From Takakia lepidozioides (taxonomy: Eukaryota; Plantae; Bryophyta), in assembly GCA_030704615.1 (NCBI GenBank), contig CM060733.1, positions 70,308,001 through 70,372,000 of the forward strand: a stretch of DNA of 64,000 nt. Reading direction: 5' to 3'. Each line of letters opens with the position of its first letter. Within the stretch, counting starts at the first letter, position 1. Both the position numbers and the translations under genes were made by a program. Below the pieces are notes generated by a model. The model did not search any database. It was given only the letters and a program-made list of their open reading frames with translations, and was not told the origin of the DNA. This document shows, piece by piece, positions 14,363 to 27,400 of this stretch.

Positions 14363-15041
14363 TAGCCTCTCATTTTTTAATAATTGGGACTTGAATGCAC
14401 CTATGGGCCCTGCCAGTACGGCCCATGGGGTGAGCTCATGAACCCACCCCGCATTCACCGGATCTAGATTCTGAAATTTTTCTAAGTCCTAGTTTTTTAA
14501 CGGCGGCGGACCTTCTAGCAGACTGGCCAAACTCTCAACAGACTGACTCCAACTGGCGAGCGGACTAATCAGCAGATTGGCGAGCGGACTGACTCAGACT
14601 GGCGATTGACGAGCAGACTGACTGACGACGGACTCCAACTGGCAAGCGCCTAACTCCAACCTTCAGACCCTCCTCAAACAAAATATATATATTTATAATT
14701 AACACACATTACCACCACAATGTCACGTGCCAGGATTTGAACAGCAGACCTCATGTTAGTCACAAGTTGCTTTTTACCATCACACTAACCGTTACTATAT
14801 ATATAAATATATATATCTTGAAATAATTATTTATTTATTTACATATCTTCAAGTGTTTTGTGGGCCCAACAGACTCGCTTCCCAAAACGCGCCGTGGGGC
14901 GGCTCACTAGAGCGGACTGACCCCGCGGGGTAGGGGTCGCCCCACCCTGCGCATGGTCGCGTAACCATGTGCCACCCGTGGGCCCCGCCACAACCACACC
15001 TGCCCGCATTCAAGTCCCAACTATCAAACAATGAGAAGCTA
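14363..15041. mobile_element. MITE-like element with ~35-bp imperfect terminal inverted repeats
   Basis: agcctctcattttttaataattgggacttgaatgc (14363-14398) vs gcattcaagtcccaactatcaaacaatgagaagct (15006-15040). Internal gactgg/gactga repeats. No TSD established. Confidence 0.5.
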
Positions 15042-15464
15042 TTTTATATATCATTTTTATTTTATACATTTTTTTGCAAAGGGAAACACCTGGGAGTCTG
15101 TGAAGCAAGATTTCGGGGTCGGGGATATATTCCCCTTTTTGTCCGGGATTACCAATATGAGGGTTGTAGCACAGTAGGGCAGGGACCTGCTAGATAGGAT
15201 AGAATCTGTCACAATGATAAACCTTACCAATACACAATTATTCCACGAAAAAGAAAAAAAAAAAAAAAAAAAAACTGACTAGGATTGCAATCGGGAGAGA
15301 GCAGCCCCTCTAGGGGTGTAAATCACATGTCTGTTCTCAACATTAAGACAAGTCAAATTAAAGGTCAGAGTACAAGGGACCAACAAAGACACATGAATGG
15401 AACTAGTAAGAGCAGGAGTAGATGCATGTTGAGGGAGTAGAACATATTGCATACCAGGTAGTAT

Positions 15465-15990
15465 CTATGTGATAAGATAGGGCCCATCAATTCTTTTCTT
15501 AGCCTTAGAAACCTGCTTACCAGCTTGAAGTTTCACACAAACAGATTGCCCAATTTTAAAAGATTCAGAATACATTACTTTGCGATTGTAGTGCTTAGCC
15601 TGGGAGGCTTGAGCAAAACGAATATTAGAGTTAGCAGTTTCACGCAATTGACGCCGTTTAGCATCCATGGAGAGCAGAAATTCTTCCCAGTTTTCAAGCT
15701 CTGTAGCAGAAACTTGCAGCCAGGAAATATGCAAAGGGCTACGACATCTCCTACCATATAATAACTCAAAGGGAGATATCTTGGTACTAGCATGAATGGA
15801 AGTACGGTAGGCAAACAACAAAATAGGAAGGGCAATGTCCTACTCTTCAATAAGGGTCATATTTTTCTCCAGCATCCTACACATGGTTTGGTTAAAACGC
15901 TCAGTCAAGCCATTGCATTGGGGATTGTAGGGAGCAGTCACAGCATGCTTAGTATTGAGATTGAACAAAACAATCTCCATGAGCACTGAA
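15465..15990 (-). pseudogene. Ty3/gypsy-type integrase C-terminal fragment
   Basis: YNPQCNGLTERF...LFAYRTSIHASTKISPFELLYGR...QAKHYN...DGPYLI. Confidence 0.8.
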
Positions 15991-16050
15991 GTTCCTTTCT
16001 AGCAATAGCCACTCTTCTTCCTGCTCCTGACATTAGATCGGAAATGGGAG

Positions 16051-18848
16051 ACACGGTGGCTGTCGATCTGGAATGCATCGGAGAGTATAAGGACCATGTG
16101 GTCTTTTCCACTCGAAGTTTCCGACCCTGCAGTGGATGTGTGGCTCAACCGCATGACTTGGTGGTTCCAGGTAATTCAGGGTACTTCCCCCGATTTGCTT
16201 TGCTGGAATGAATTCTGTGAACTCCTACGTGACAATGCATGCAACAGGTAATGACGAATGCGAAGGAGCAAGTCGTAATGCATAGTGATTCGTTCGGCTT
16301 GTACGTCAAATGGGATGGAACACGGACATTGGAAGACTACGTGACACGTTTCAAATGTGCGTACAAAGACAACCTCTTCGCCAGGGAGCTACAGACAGCA
16401 AGAAGGAGCGTGGAGTTTACACATCAAGAGAGGGCGGGAAAAGCTACAATGCGAATTGTGTACAGGTGAAGCCCAGCTCCCGTTGTATGCAAAAGCTGGG
16501 TTATGAGGTTTGTCTGGGAAATGCGGCACCGCATTCGCACTTTATCGTTTCGGTTGCACTCTGCGAGTACATTCTCATAACTTGTGCTCACGCCTATTGA
16601 CTGTCTTGTAGGTATATGAAATACGTGCTACTTAAGACAGGGGCCCTGGCGCAAGAACCCCCGTTTTTCATGGCTTGGATCATGTCGGGACCAAGCTGTG
16701 TCTACCTACCAGAGATGCAGAAACAATGGCATGCCGCGCATCTCGTTGGATGCCCGTGGTACCTGGACATGTCTGGCGGACTTGTTGACGAATCGGAGAA
16801 AGATCTGAACGGAAAGCGGAGGAGAAGAGAAAGGAAAGACGTGTCCCTGCTGGGCCTGAGTCGGCAAATGACGCTGCTGCTCTCAAACAATCCAAAAATG
16901 CAGCTGAGATGGCACAGAAGACGGTGGATGTAGCTGTGCAGGTTCAACAGAAGGGGTCGAAGAAGAGGACTCGCCAGCAAGGAGCAGCAGTTGTGACACC
17001 CAAGAAGACGAAAAAGCAGAAACAGAAAGAGCAGGAAGAGGGTGACGAAGAGGACTCCGATGGAGACTTTGCAACCAGCCCACCCCCCGAAACGCAGCCG
17101 AAATCCCTTGTGCCCATCGTTGTCACGAGAGGGACGAGAACAGACTCAGCCAAGAAGGCACTCTTCAAACCCCCGGGGGGGCACCCTTTCGAGCCGGTGG
17201 AAATGAAGAGGCCGAAAGTGGAGCCAGAAACAGTAGTTTAGTGTGTCAATGAGAGTTTCTTGGCGGCTTTGGACGGACGGGCAGCCAAGTTGGCATACAT
17301 CAAGACCATGAAGGGTCTGAAGGGCAGAGCACTTCCGACACCCCTAGGTTTCTGAAGATGGTCTCCTTATTTGAGAAGGTGTGTGCATGGAAGGATTGCA
17401 GGAGGGGCGGAAAAGCCACCGAGTGGTCTTGCGATATGATCATCTTGGATATTCCGGACGGAGAGCCTGTGGAAGGACTGCAAGGTTTGCCATCTTGGAA
17501 CAAGTACTCCGAGGACTTTTGGAAAAAAGGATTCGGGCTCGCCCGCATGGTGTTGGACGACAGATGCCGTGTGATTGTACTGGCGAGCAGAGGGAAAAAC
17601 ACGGAGACAGGAATTGCGAAGTGGACCCGCAAGAGCGCTGTCCCAATTCTGAAGAAGAAGTGGACGTGCATCAACACATTGGGCCTTCGGTCGGAAGGGA
17701 AGAAGGTAATGAGGACATTAGCAATCGTCCTTTCATTTTGTAACCTGTTTTGAAATGCGGTGCCGCATTCAATTTCTAATCGTTCCCCACTGTGTATGCA
17801 GACGAAGCAGTTCGATGCATACTACTTTGTGAAGGAGAACTCGACCTTTGCTTTCCAGAAGGATGGATTGTTGGTTGACTCGAACTGCGATCCCATCGAT
17901 TACGACGTCCTGTTTAACAACGTTCCCACGGAACTCCTCCCCCATAGTCTCACCTCAATGGATCCTTTGCGGTATTCACGGACTCGGAGCCCTGCCTTCA
18001 TCTAGACAATTATGGAGGCATGCACTGACTTGAAGGGCAGAGTGCTGGACCTCATCTCTGGAACAGGTATGCAAATTCTTATACTATGTTGTTCTGTGAA
18101 TTCTCATTCTATTCAAATTCGCCATGTGTGAAGGGTCATTTTTCCATGAGTGGATGGCATTGTAACAGGTGCCTCAATGTGGGCTGGGCGATTTTCCGAC
18201 CGGCACCTCTTTGCCTACGAGGAGGACACATCCGTCTGGGGATCCCATCTGGAAGGGCTTCAACAGAATGTGAAGGCTCCCATCGAAGCCAAAGATTCCT
18301 CGAATTCGTCGGATTCGGAGGAAGAGACAGTGGACATTGATGCCGAGGAGAACCCGGAATACGAGTGAGTGCAAACATTGTAAGTTTGCAAAGCCTTCTG
18401 GGTGATTTTTTGTCAAACGCATTTCCGGACTGTGGTTCTCATTGGTCTCGTGGGTGATTGTTATGTGCAGGACTCCAGGATCCGGGTCGAAACATGTAGG
18501 GCCTACACTTCTTGCCAAAAAGAATGTCCCGTTCTTTGCGAGGGCCGACTTCATGAAGAGCCCGGTGAAGGACTACTCCCTTCCTAGTTATGCAGCTAAA
18601 CTCGCAAATACAGCGATTAGACGATGTGAGAATCCCAGTAAAGTAGAGCAGATTTGGAGAGGGCTAGGGAGGACAGAAGGATAAGGAAAGAGTTGGCAGC
18701 AGCTGAGACAGGTAGACGGATGCGAAAGTTCATATGTGATTCAGCGGAAGAGAGCGATGCAAACAAGGAGGACAACAACCCAACGGAGGTGAGATGGTTG
18801 GTTCCGCAAGGGAAAGATGGGACTTTCGAAAGCCTCGCCAACGAGTAG
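16051..18848 (+). pseudogene. Copy A: 5'-truncated paralogue of the ParB-amino-MTase gene; exons ~16051-16170, 16248-16465, 16612-17706, 17802-18066, 18169-18364, 18471-18848
   Basis: Exon-by-exon homology with 57141-60875 (WLNRMTWWFQ, EPPFFMAW, CDMIILDIPDG, RYSRTRSPAFI, RVLDLISGTG/ASMWA, VPFFARADFM) with the same intron positions. It has TAG stops (17239, 18003) and frameshifts. The ParB exon is absent. Confidence 0.85.
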
Positions 18849-19074
18849 TTCGCTGGACATGAGAAAGGCAATGACGGGGTGGAAGGGGAGCAAGACAGTC
18901 AAGGACATGATGACGATAGTGATGATTTTCAAGATTGGTAGAATTTTAATTAACTCTCTATACATTTAAATTCTCTTCCATAGTATATAAAGGAAATTCT
19001 CCCCGTCCTTCATGTCCCCTCTCCCATGTGCTTCTCAACGACACCATCGCCCAAACCACGTCCCTCCCAAAATC

Positions 19075-19370
19075 GGAAATGCGGCACCGCATTTCCATGT
19101 TGGAACGGAAATGTGGCAATTGCAAAAACCTCGTTTGGAAATGCAGCACCGCATTTCCAAAACCGGGGCAAAAACAATTTTCCGTTTCATGGTTTGGACA
19201 TCAGAAACTATTCGGCCGAACGGAAATGCGGTCCCGCATTTCCGTTTTCGACACGGCAGTTTTGCCGATTGCCAGCTCCTTCCATGGAGGTAAATGGAAA
19301 TGTCACCTCGCATGTGGAGGTCGAACACGTTATTTACATGGTGGACATGGAAATGCGGTGCCGCATTTCC
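19075..19370. repeat. Cluster of four 22-bp palindromes GGAAATGCGGNNCCGCATTTCC downstream of copy A
   Basis: Copies at 19075-19096, 19137-19158, 19222-19243 and 19349-19370. Further partial copies lie in introns at 16517 and 17752. Confidence 0.9.
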
Positions 19371-20027
19371 ATTTTGGAGATGGACGTTTTTCCAACTCTA
19401 GACCCATGGGTGAATATAACCCCTGTGTTATACCCCATGGATTTACTTATCTTCCCAAAATTTATCCCTCAGTACTCCAGTGCTCAATCCTACCTGCCTG
19501 GCCCACCCTTAATTCACCTACCCCTTCTATATCTCAGCCACCATCCAAGGCCCCCCACCCTACCATAACCCACTTCACTTCCACTGCCAATTCCTATGTA
19601 CACCATCTATTTTACATTCCATTGTCACACACTGAACCTTCCTAGCCTGCCTAAGTTCTCGCTGCCAGCGTTGCTACTTTGCTGGTACCCTGCTACATAT
19701 CCAGCCTCTTTGCTCCCACACTCAACAACATACTCACTGCCCGCCAACTCTGCAAATTGTAACCATGGCCATAGTAATTTCTTCAATAGGTCCCTCAACC
19801 ACAACACTACTCCTACACTATCCCCCCCACAGTTGCACTGCACTGCCCTGCCTAATTATACAGCCAATGTAGCACCCTCACCATCTCCTACTCCACACCC
19901 CCCTCATCTCCTACTCCTACTCCACACCCTCTGCCCCCCAGATCTCCAAGTAGCCATCATGCCCACAATCACTCCCTCACAGTCCTCTTTCTCACTATTC
20001 TTGCCCAGTACCCTACCCACCCTTATG

Positions 20028-23000
20028 CTAGTATATTTTTCCCTTCTGTACATGGCAGGGTGCCTTCCCATTTCCTCTTGCTTGCTGGACTAAGTGCATA
20101 ATTTTTTTTACAGGATTCGTGACAAATTCCCAACCATTGACGTACATGTACCTCTCATGTAATTTCAGATGAATATCGGCGATCATGTTGCATTCGACCA
20201 TAGATACTTCGTCTATAATCAAATAGTCAGTTCCCGACCATTCGTTTATGAAACTTTTTGTGTCGGATTCATTGATGCTCTGGTTGATTTTGAGTCCCAA
20301 TAAAACGTGGATGGTTGATCCCCCTATGAGGGTTGCGGCGTTGGCTGTGTAAGCACCGATTTTCAAGATTTTTTGTCTCTTGGTTTTTATGAAGTACGTT
20401 TGGATTGCTTTAATTATTTCGGTCTTTCCTGTTCCGGCAGCACCTCCCACGTACATTAACGTTTGTTTTCTTCCATCGAGATGGTGATTTTGTGGGTCTA
20501 TGAAACGATCAAATGCTGATTCTTGTGAAGTGTTGAGTTTGTATTTTTTCATGACAAAATATTTAGCTATTTGATGTTGATCTGCATTGTGCACGATATC
20601 AGGATCTATATCGTAATTGTCGTCATCTGGGATGTCCATTGGTTCGTTTTTTGGAATTTCCCTCAATTCTGGATTTTTGTGGTGAAAGTTATCATTTTTG
20701 GATGACTGAGTTTCATTTGCGAACTCGTACAGTTCGTTGTCAATGCCACTGGGCGGATTTTTGGATTCGCATAATGTTTTCAACCATTTATTGATTTGGG
20801 TTCTATTTGATTTTTTGGATGCAGTTTGGACCAGACCTATTTTTGGTGCGGTATGGGGTTGTGGTGATATTTTCCAGTTGGCATCCGTAACGAGCTTGTT
20901 GGTAATCTCGGCCACGTAATTATTTTTCGCTTGTATTGCACATAAGATATTTGATTTGTAACTTCTGGCTTTTTGTGACTATGTCTTCTGTATGTTGTTG
21001 CGACGCCGAATTCTCGTCCACATATATATCGTCGTCATCGTCTTCGTGCATTTCGTCTGGCATCTCATTGTCAGTGCAATGTCTTCTGGGTTCTCGTCAT
21101 CGTCTAGATTTTCATTCTTCAGTAACAGTCTGTCGGAGTCTCGTGATTCTTTGCATTCATGCAATATGTCGATATTTGCGATGATTTTTCTGTTGAATTC
21201 CGAACATATTAGATATAGTTCGTCGAGAGTGTCTTCCCAACTTTGTTGTGATCTTGGCTTTAAGTCATAGATAGATCTCCATGGCATGAACAGAATACAA
21301 ATTGCGCGAACGTACGTTGCCGCATCATTTTTTTTCGAAGGTATTTTGTAGCCTTGTATTACCGGCACTTTGGTTACTTGAGATTCATATACACTGTGGG
21401 TGTCACTTTGCGGATGTTCATGCATGAATTTGTAGTAGTACGGGCTTTTCACCTTGCACGATTTATTGCAAAACTCGTAAGGTGACATTTTCTCGAACTT
21501 GTGTGGCCTGTTTTGGTAGTCGATGCGGAAATTATACATAATCAACTTGTCATTCTGTTTAGATCTTTCAACTTTGAATGTTTCGAAGGTGTTTTCGGGG
21601 TCGTTATCGTCAGGCGTGCTATTCAGATCGTTGTTTCCATCTTCGTTCGATTTAGATTTTTCTTGTTCGCGAATCCATGCCTCAACGTGGGCCTCCGAAG
21701 TTACTTTAATTGGACGGTTTTTCATTTCGGTTACGCCGATTTCAAATGGAAATAACGTTGGAAACATGCACGCGATCAGTTTTGGGTTTGCGTATTCGTT
21801 CACCATTTCGGTTTCATGCGTGTATGACAGGTACATATTTTGTTGTAGTTGCAATCCATTTAAAGCGTTGGAGATAAGGTCGTCGTGCTTGATGTCGATT
21901 CCGTCAAAATCGATGAGTCCGGACGTGTCTATGACGGGCTGGAGCGTATCGTCATCTTTGTTTATTGGTGTTTTTTTGTTGTGCAAATCCGTTATGTTGG
22001 TACGATGTTCAGCATTGGCGAAGTCAATGTCCGTGGATTCAAACACCGATCTCAAGATTGATGGTGGAATATCGATCTCTGGTAGTCCATCCAATATGTT
22101 GTAACCCGTGTGATTATTTTTCAACCATGTTAACCATGTCGTCACTGCAAGTCTATGTCCGTATAGCAAATTACATGTTTTCACGACGTTAATGGGTGGA
22201 TGTGAAGTGCCGACGAAGTGGATGGCAACAATATCGGATAATGAATCTAAGGGTGGTGGCAATTTGTTCAGCAATTCGACCGCACGACCTGGATTTTGAG
22301 CAAAACTCACCAAATTTCCTCTCAATGCGCGTTGCCCCTTTCCGCCCTTATTTACATATCGTAATTTGAACAACATCACACGACAACGATATCTTGCTAT
22401 TAACGCTTCTTCAACCATGGTTAATTTTGGCAAAATGTCATGAATTTTTCTGATCCACAAACCGTTGGCGAGTGCAAACTTTGGCATCTTGTTCTTTTTC
22501 AAGGTGGAACTGCAGTTTTTACAAATGAAGATGGTACGTGCAGTATTTGATACTCCTCGTTTGTCCAATAACAACCCATTTAATTCGTCCAGCTGATGTT
22601 TTGTGTCATTGATCAATTCTTGGGGAACCTCTTATAGGAGAATATGTTCTTCGAAGTGGTTTTCTACTTGTAGGCTGAGCCATTTTTTCATGTGTTTTAA
22701 GATCTCACTGTGTAATTCATCGATTCTCCATTTCAACATGTTAGAGGTTGTTATGTCTCTGCTGCAAACACAACAATACAGATTTGTGAAAGTCGCATTA
22801 CTAATGTATTCGTTGAAGTTGGATAAACAAAACAAGTTATTCTCCGGACATATTTATGGTGGGAACTCATGATCGTGCTTTGACTTTTTCGCAAGAGTGC
22901 AATACATTTGCTCTGTTTTTCTTTTGAGTTTTTCCTTTTCTTCATTTTCGTTCGTAATATATTTCTGAATTTATGTAGCACATATTTCATCTTTGATCAA

Positions 23001-23800
23001 TGGATCTTGGTTTTTCTGGAATCTGTATTTTTCCCTTCGTTTCGCATTTGTTGCGTCTGGGTTGGGAGTCAGTTGAGATTCCATTTCCGTGGTTTGTTGT
23101 GGTTTGTTGGTTGAAATATATTTTCGTCGACGTTTACAGTTTATCTCATTTTGGTTTGAAATGTATTTGTCACGGCGTTTAGCATTTTTTTCATTTTTAT
23201 TCGAAATATTTTTATCAGCTTCTCTGCAAATTTATTGACATCATTTATATCATTTTCACTTTCACTTCATTTCGTTTAGGTGTTATATGGTTTGCATTTG
23301 GATTTAATGTCACAATTTGTTGAGCTATATTTTGGCTTGAAAGATATTTTCGTCGGCGTTTATCGTTTATACCATTTTGGTTTGACATATATTTCTCATG
23401 GCGTTTAGAAATTTTTTTCATTTTTGTCGGAAATATTTTTTATCGGCTTCTCTGCGAGTTTATTGACATCATCTACGTCATTTTTATTTCCATTTTCAGT
23501 TGGTTCAGATGTTACATGGTTTGCATTTGGATTCAATGTCACGATTTGTTGACCTATAATTTGGCTTGAAAGATAATTTCGCCGGCGTTCACCGTTTATC
23601 TCATTATGGTTTGAAATATATTTCTCACGGCGCTTAGCGTTTTCTCATTCTGATCGGAAATATTTATTATCGGCTTCTTTGCGAGTTTATTGACCTCATC
23701 TATCTCTTTCCCATTTTCATTTTCAGTTGGCTCAGATGTTAGATGGATTGTATTTGGACTGAATGTGACGATTTCTTGAGCTATAATTTGTTGTTTTTTT
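20028..23800 (-). mobile_element. Degenerate Helitron Rep/helicase region (DUF6570-type N-terminus plus PIF1 helicase start)
   Basis: C..C...KFALANGLW, PKLTMVEEALIARY, LRGNLVSFAQ and MFPTLFPF, then MYVGGAAGTGKT (Walker A) and IIDEVSMV (Walker B). The HUH Rep core appears deleted and the helicase is truncated at about 20150. Confidence 0.85.
23090..23790. repeat. Three diverged ~228-bp tandem repeats at the 5' end of the Helitron ORF
   Basis: The unit ttgaaa.ata.tttcg.cg.cgtt...tttggtttga recurs at about 23111, 23337 and 23565. Confidence 0.75.
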
Positions 23801-24482
23801 ATTTAATGCATATTTGTTCCGCCTTCCAGCATTTATTTTGTTTTTATTTAATGCATAATTTATCCGTCTTCTCTCTTTAGCATCTTGTTTTTTCATATTT
23901 ATTTGATAAAATAAATAATGACTGTATCGGTCTATATGAAATTTTAATAAAAATAGTTGTCTTTGCTCAAGCTCATTTGTGATAAAAACAATTGTCTTTG
24001 TTAAAAATCATTCGATTTGATAAAAACAAATATTTTTGATAAAAATCATTTGTCTTTATAATGATAATGATAACGATGATGTTGATAATGATATTGATAA
24101 TGATGTTGATAGAGATGATATTGAAATTGATATAATCAGTCTTGACACCTTCACAGTGGCATGTTCTTGCTTCCTGAACCCATCACCCCACCCCACAACC
24201 ATAAGTTTCCACTAATGACAATCAATATCAGAAAATTATAAAAAATATACTACTGCCACTGCCCATGTGTCTGAAAAGCTTCCAGAAATCTATGCGAGCT
24301 CAGGAATGAGCTTTCAGGATAGTTTTGAGATCCTCTCACACGAAGATGTGAGTGTGGTGCACTGTCAGAAATTTGGGCTGGCTGTGGACCCACGAGTATT
24401 CTCCCGACTAGCTTTCTTTTGGTGGTCCAACCGTCTATCTAGCACATGTAGATAGAAGTAGAGCACGATGCATCCAGAAGAG

Positions 24483-27400
24483 CACTACAACAGATTGCGG
24501 CTTTTACGACTCCCATGGGTGCGCAGTCATGACAGATTTGTGGCAGAAATGCCATTTGCAGTTGTAAAATGCTTTTGAAGTCATAATGCAAGTCTGGGGA
24601 AGGCGTATATGCGACTGCATGGCTCCGGACTCTACGGAACACAGGTCAAACATGTTTGACCACGAATATTGGCATGGCAGATATGACTACCAGTCACGGT
24701 CATGGCTACACTAGAATGACGTGTGTATATTGCTAGAAAGACATATGACTTCATGACTCTCACTCTAATGCATTCTGCCAGATCATCACATGGATGAATC
24801 ACTACATGACTGCACATGTCAACACATGCTTTTCTGGTTATATATATAATATATGAATATTTATATTTTGAAAAAACGGAGACTCTGACCACTAGAATCA
24901 ATTTTTTTTTTAAATGCAATTTAAAAAAAAAAAAAAACACATCGGCTGGTAAGTGCACAGTGTGTCGCCCTAGTGGTTTGGGGTTCAAACCCGCTGCCTT
25001 ATCCCGTGTGTGGGATTGTTCGTGACAGTATGTCTGGGCGTTGATCGTCTTGTACGTCTTATGGCCCATAAATGAAGGCGGGTGAATTTTCCCCCCTCCT
25101 CAAGGACCTGTGGTTTCCTTTAAGAAAAGAAAAAAAAAAAAAAAATCAAAGAGGGGCTTTTAGGGTTTACAAAAAGGTTAAAAAACTTAAAAAGTTGCCC
25201 ATCACGGTAGCGTGAACAGACTTAGAGCGAGCGGGAGGGAGAGAGAGAGAGGGTTGGGACTTAGAGTGAGCGAGCGGGAGAGAGGGCAAACATGCATGGG
25301 AGGCCCGCAGTTGGATCAACCTTCGCATTTGGAGCAAGCAACCCTAGAAACGCTACGGTATGTGTGCGAGGAGGTTTCGGCTGGGAGCCCGCCGTTCTTG
25401 GGAGAGTCAGCTTCGTCTTAGCAGGCCGTGTTTCAATCTCTACCCGCTCGGCCCTGATTTTACAGCACGGAGCAGAGCTGGCATGAGTTTCTAAAAGATC
25501 CTTCACGATGGTGGGACAACCGCAATCGCAAGGTGTGGCTTTTTCTTAATGTACGATGTGAAGAAGTTTGTCCATCCTGCAAATGTGGGTTGTTGGCTCC
25601 TGTTAGTACCATGATTTGGTATTCTTCCTGATGTTTACAAGGTTCTTGGGAGAGTTAGCTTGGTCTTAGCAGGCCGTGTTTCAATCTCTGCCCACTCAGC
25701 TGCACCGTGGTGGTTCTCACTGACCAATCCGACATTACCTGACTACAGAAACAAGCAGCACACTGAAGAGGTCCTCTAGGGTTCATGGTCAGTCAAATCC
25801 TCCATGGGCCATGACACAAGGTCGAGGACAATGTGGTGAGGGCACCTTCTTCTTCGACCTATTTTCAGGCTGTTTTGCCCTCTCATCAGACTCGGCCCTT
25901 CATTTGCAGCACGGAGCAGAGTTGGCATGAGATTTTTAAAGATCCTTCACGATGGTGTGGCTTTTCCTTAATGTACGATGTGAAGAAGTTTGTCCATCCT
26001 GCAAATGTGGGCTGTTGGCTCCTGTTAGTACCATGATTTGGTATTCTTCCTGATGTTTCAAGGTTCTTGGGAGAGTCAGCTTGGTCTTAGCAGGCCGTGT
26101 TTCAATCTCTGCCTGCTCATCTGCACCGTACTAGTTCTCACAAACCAATCCGACATTACCTGACTACAAGACACAAGCAGCACACACAAGAGGTCCTTTT
26201 GGGTTGATGGTCGGTCAAATCCTCTATGGGTTCTTCTTCGACCTATTTCAGCCTGTTTTGCCCTCTCATCAGACTCGGCCTTGAGATGCATATTGAATTA
26301 TGTAAGTTAGCTTGTTGCTCATTGATAAGTAGGGTTGGGGGTGTTTGCTGGAATGATTGTTGTATGCATGATTTTGTGCAGAGGCATAGATAGCTGAAGG
26401 AGCAGGGATAGAGTGTGGAAGAGGGCCAAATTTCAAGCTCCAGATTATCTATGATTCCCTGTGGAAGGATAGATACAAGAAACCTGCATGGGTAGATGGT
26501 CAATTGGAAGCCGCAGCAGCAGCAGCACAATTGATACAATCAAGCACTGCTAATGAAGGCACCTTCTGAAACACATTTCACCCTATTTTCCCCTCTTATC
26601 AGAATCGGCCCTAAATTTTCATGTTCAATTCTGCAAGTTAGCTGGTTGAGTGAATCTAGTTGGAGTGACTTTGACATGATACTGCCAATGTGACAAGAGT
26701 ATGCATTGAACCCATTGGTAGCGGGATATTGGGATATCTCTTGGCCATGTGCCATCGTCAAAGCTGAAACTGTACTAGTTGTCATTCTGACCACTGCCCT
26801 AGTGGACATGTATGCCAAATGTAGGTGCAGCAAGCCTGATGCAAAGGGAGAGTTCGACAACATGGCTAAATGAGATGTGGTGTTGCGGACTGCCATGATT
26901 GTAAGGTGTGTGTAGCATAGGTGTGGGAGTAAGGCTTTGGAAACCTAAGAACAAATGATGTGGGAAAGGATGAAGCCAAACCAGGTCATGTTCATTTGTG
27001 TTTGTTAATATGCATATGCGAGCCTAGCAGCCCTGGGAAGGGGCCAAGAGGTTCATGGTGACATCATCAAAGCTGGAATTGTACCTGATGTCATTCTGAA
27101 CATTCCCCTGGTGTACATGTATGTCAAATGCGAGCCTGGTAGCCCTGGAAAGGACGCAAAGGTCCATTATCAAATCTGGAATTGTACCACTAGATGTCAC
27201 TCTAAACATTGCCTTGGTGGATATGTATGTCAAATGCACGCCTGGCAGCCCTGAAAAAGGGTACAGAGGTCCACGGTGATATTGTCAAAGCTGGTATTGT
27301 ATTTGATGTGATTCTGAACGTTGCCGTAGTGGACATGTATGCCAAGGTTGCAGGGTGCAACTACAAGGATACATGGTTGTTTTGATAATATGGCTGAATG

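Noticed and set aside
19400-20100. Pro/Leu-rich ORFs
   Set aside because: C-rich low-complexity sequence with no recognisable motif.
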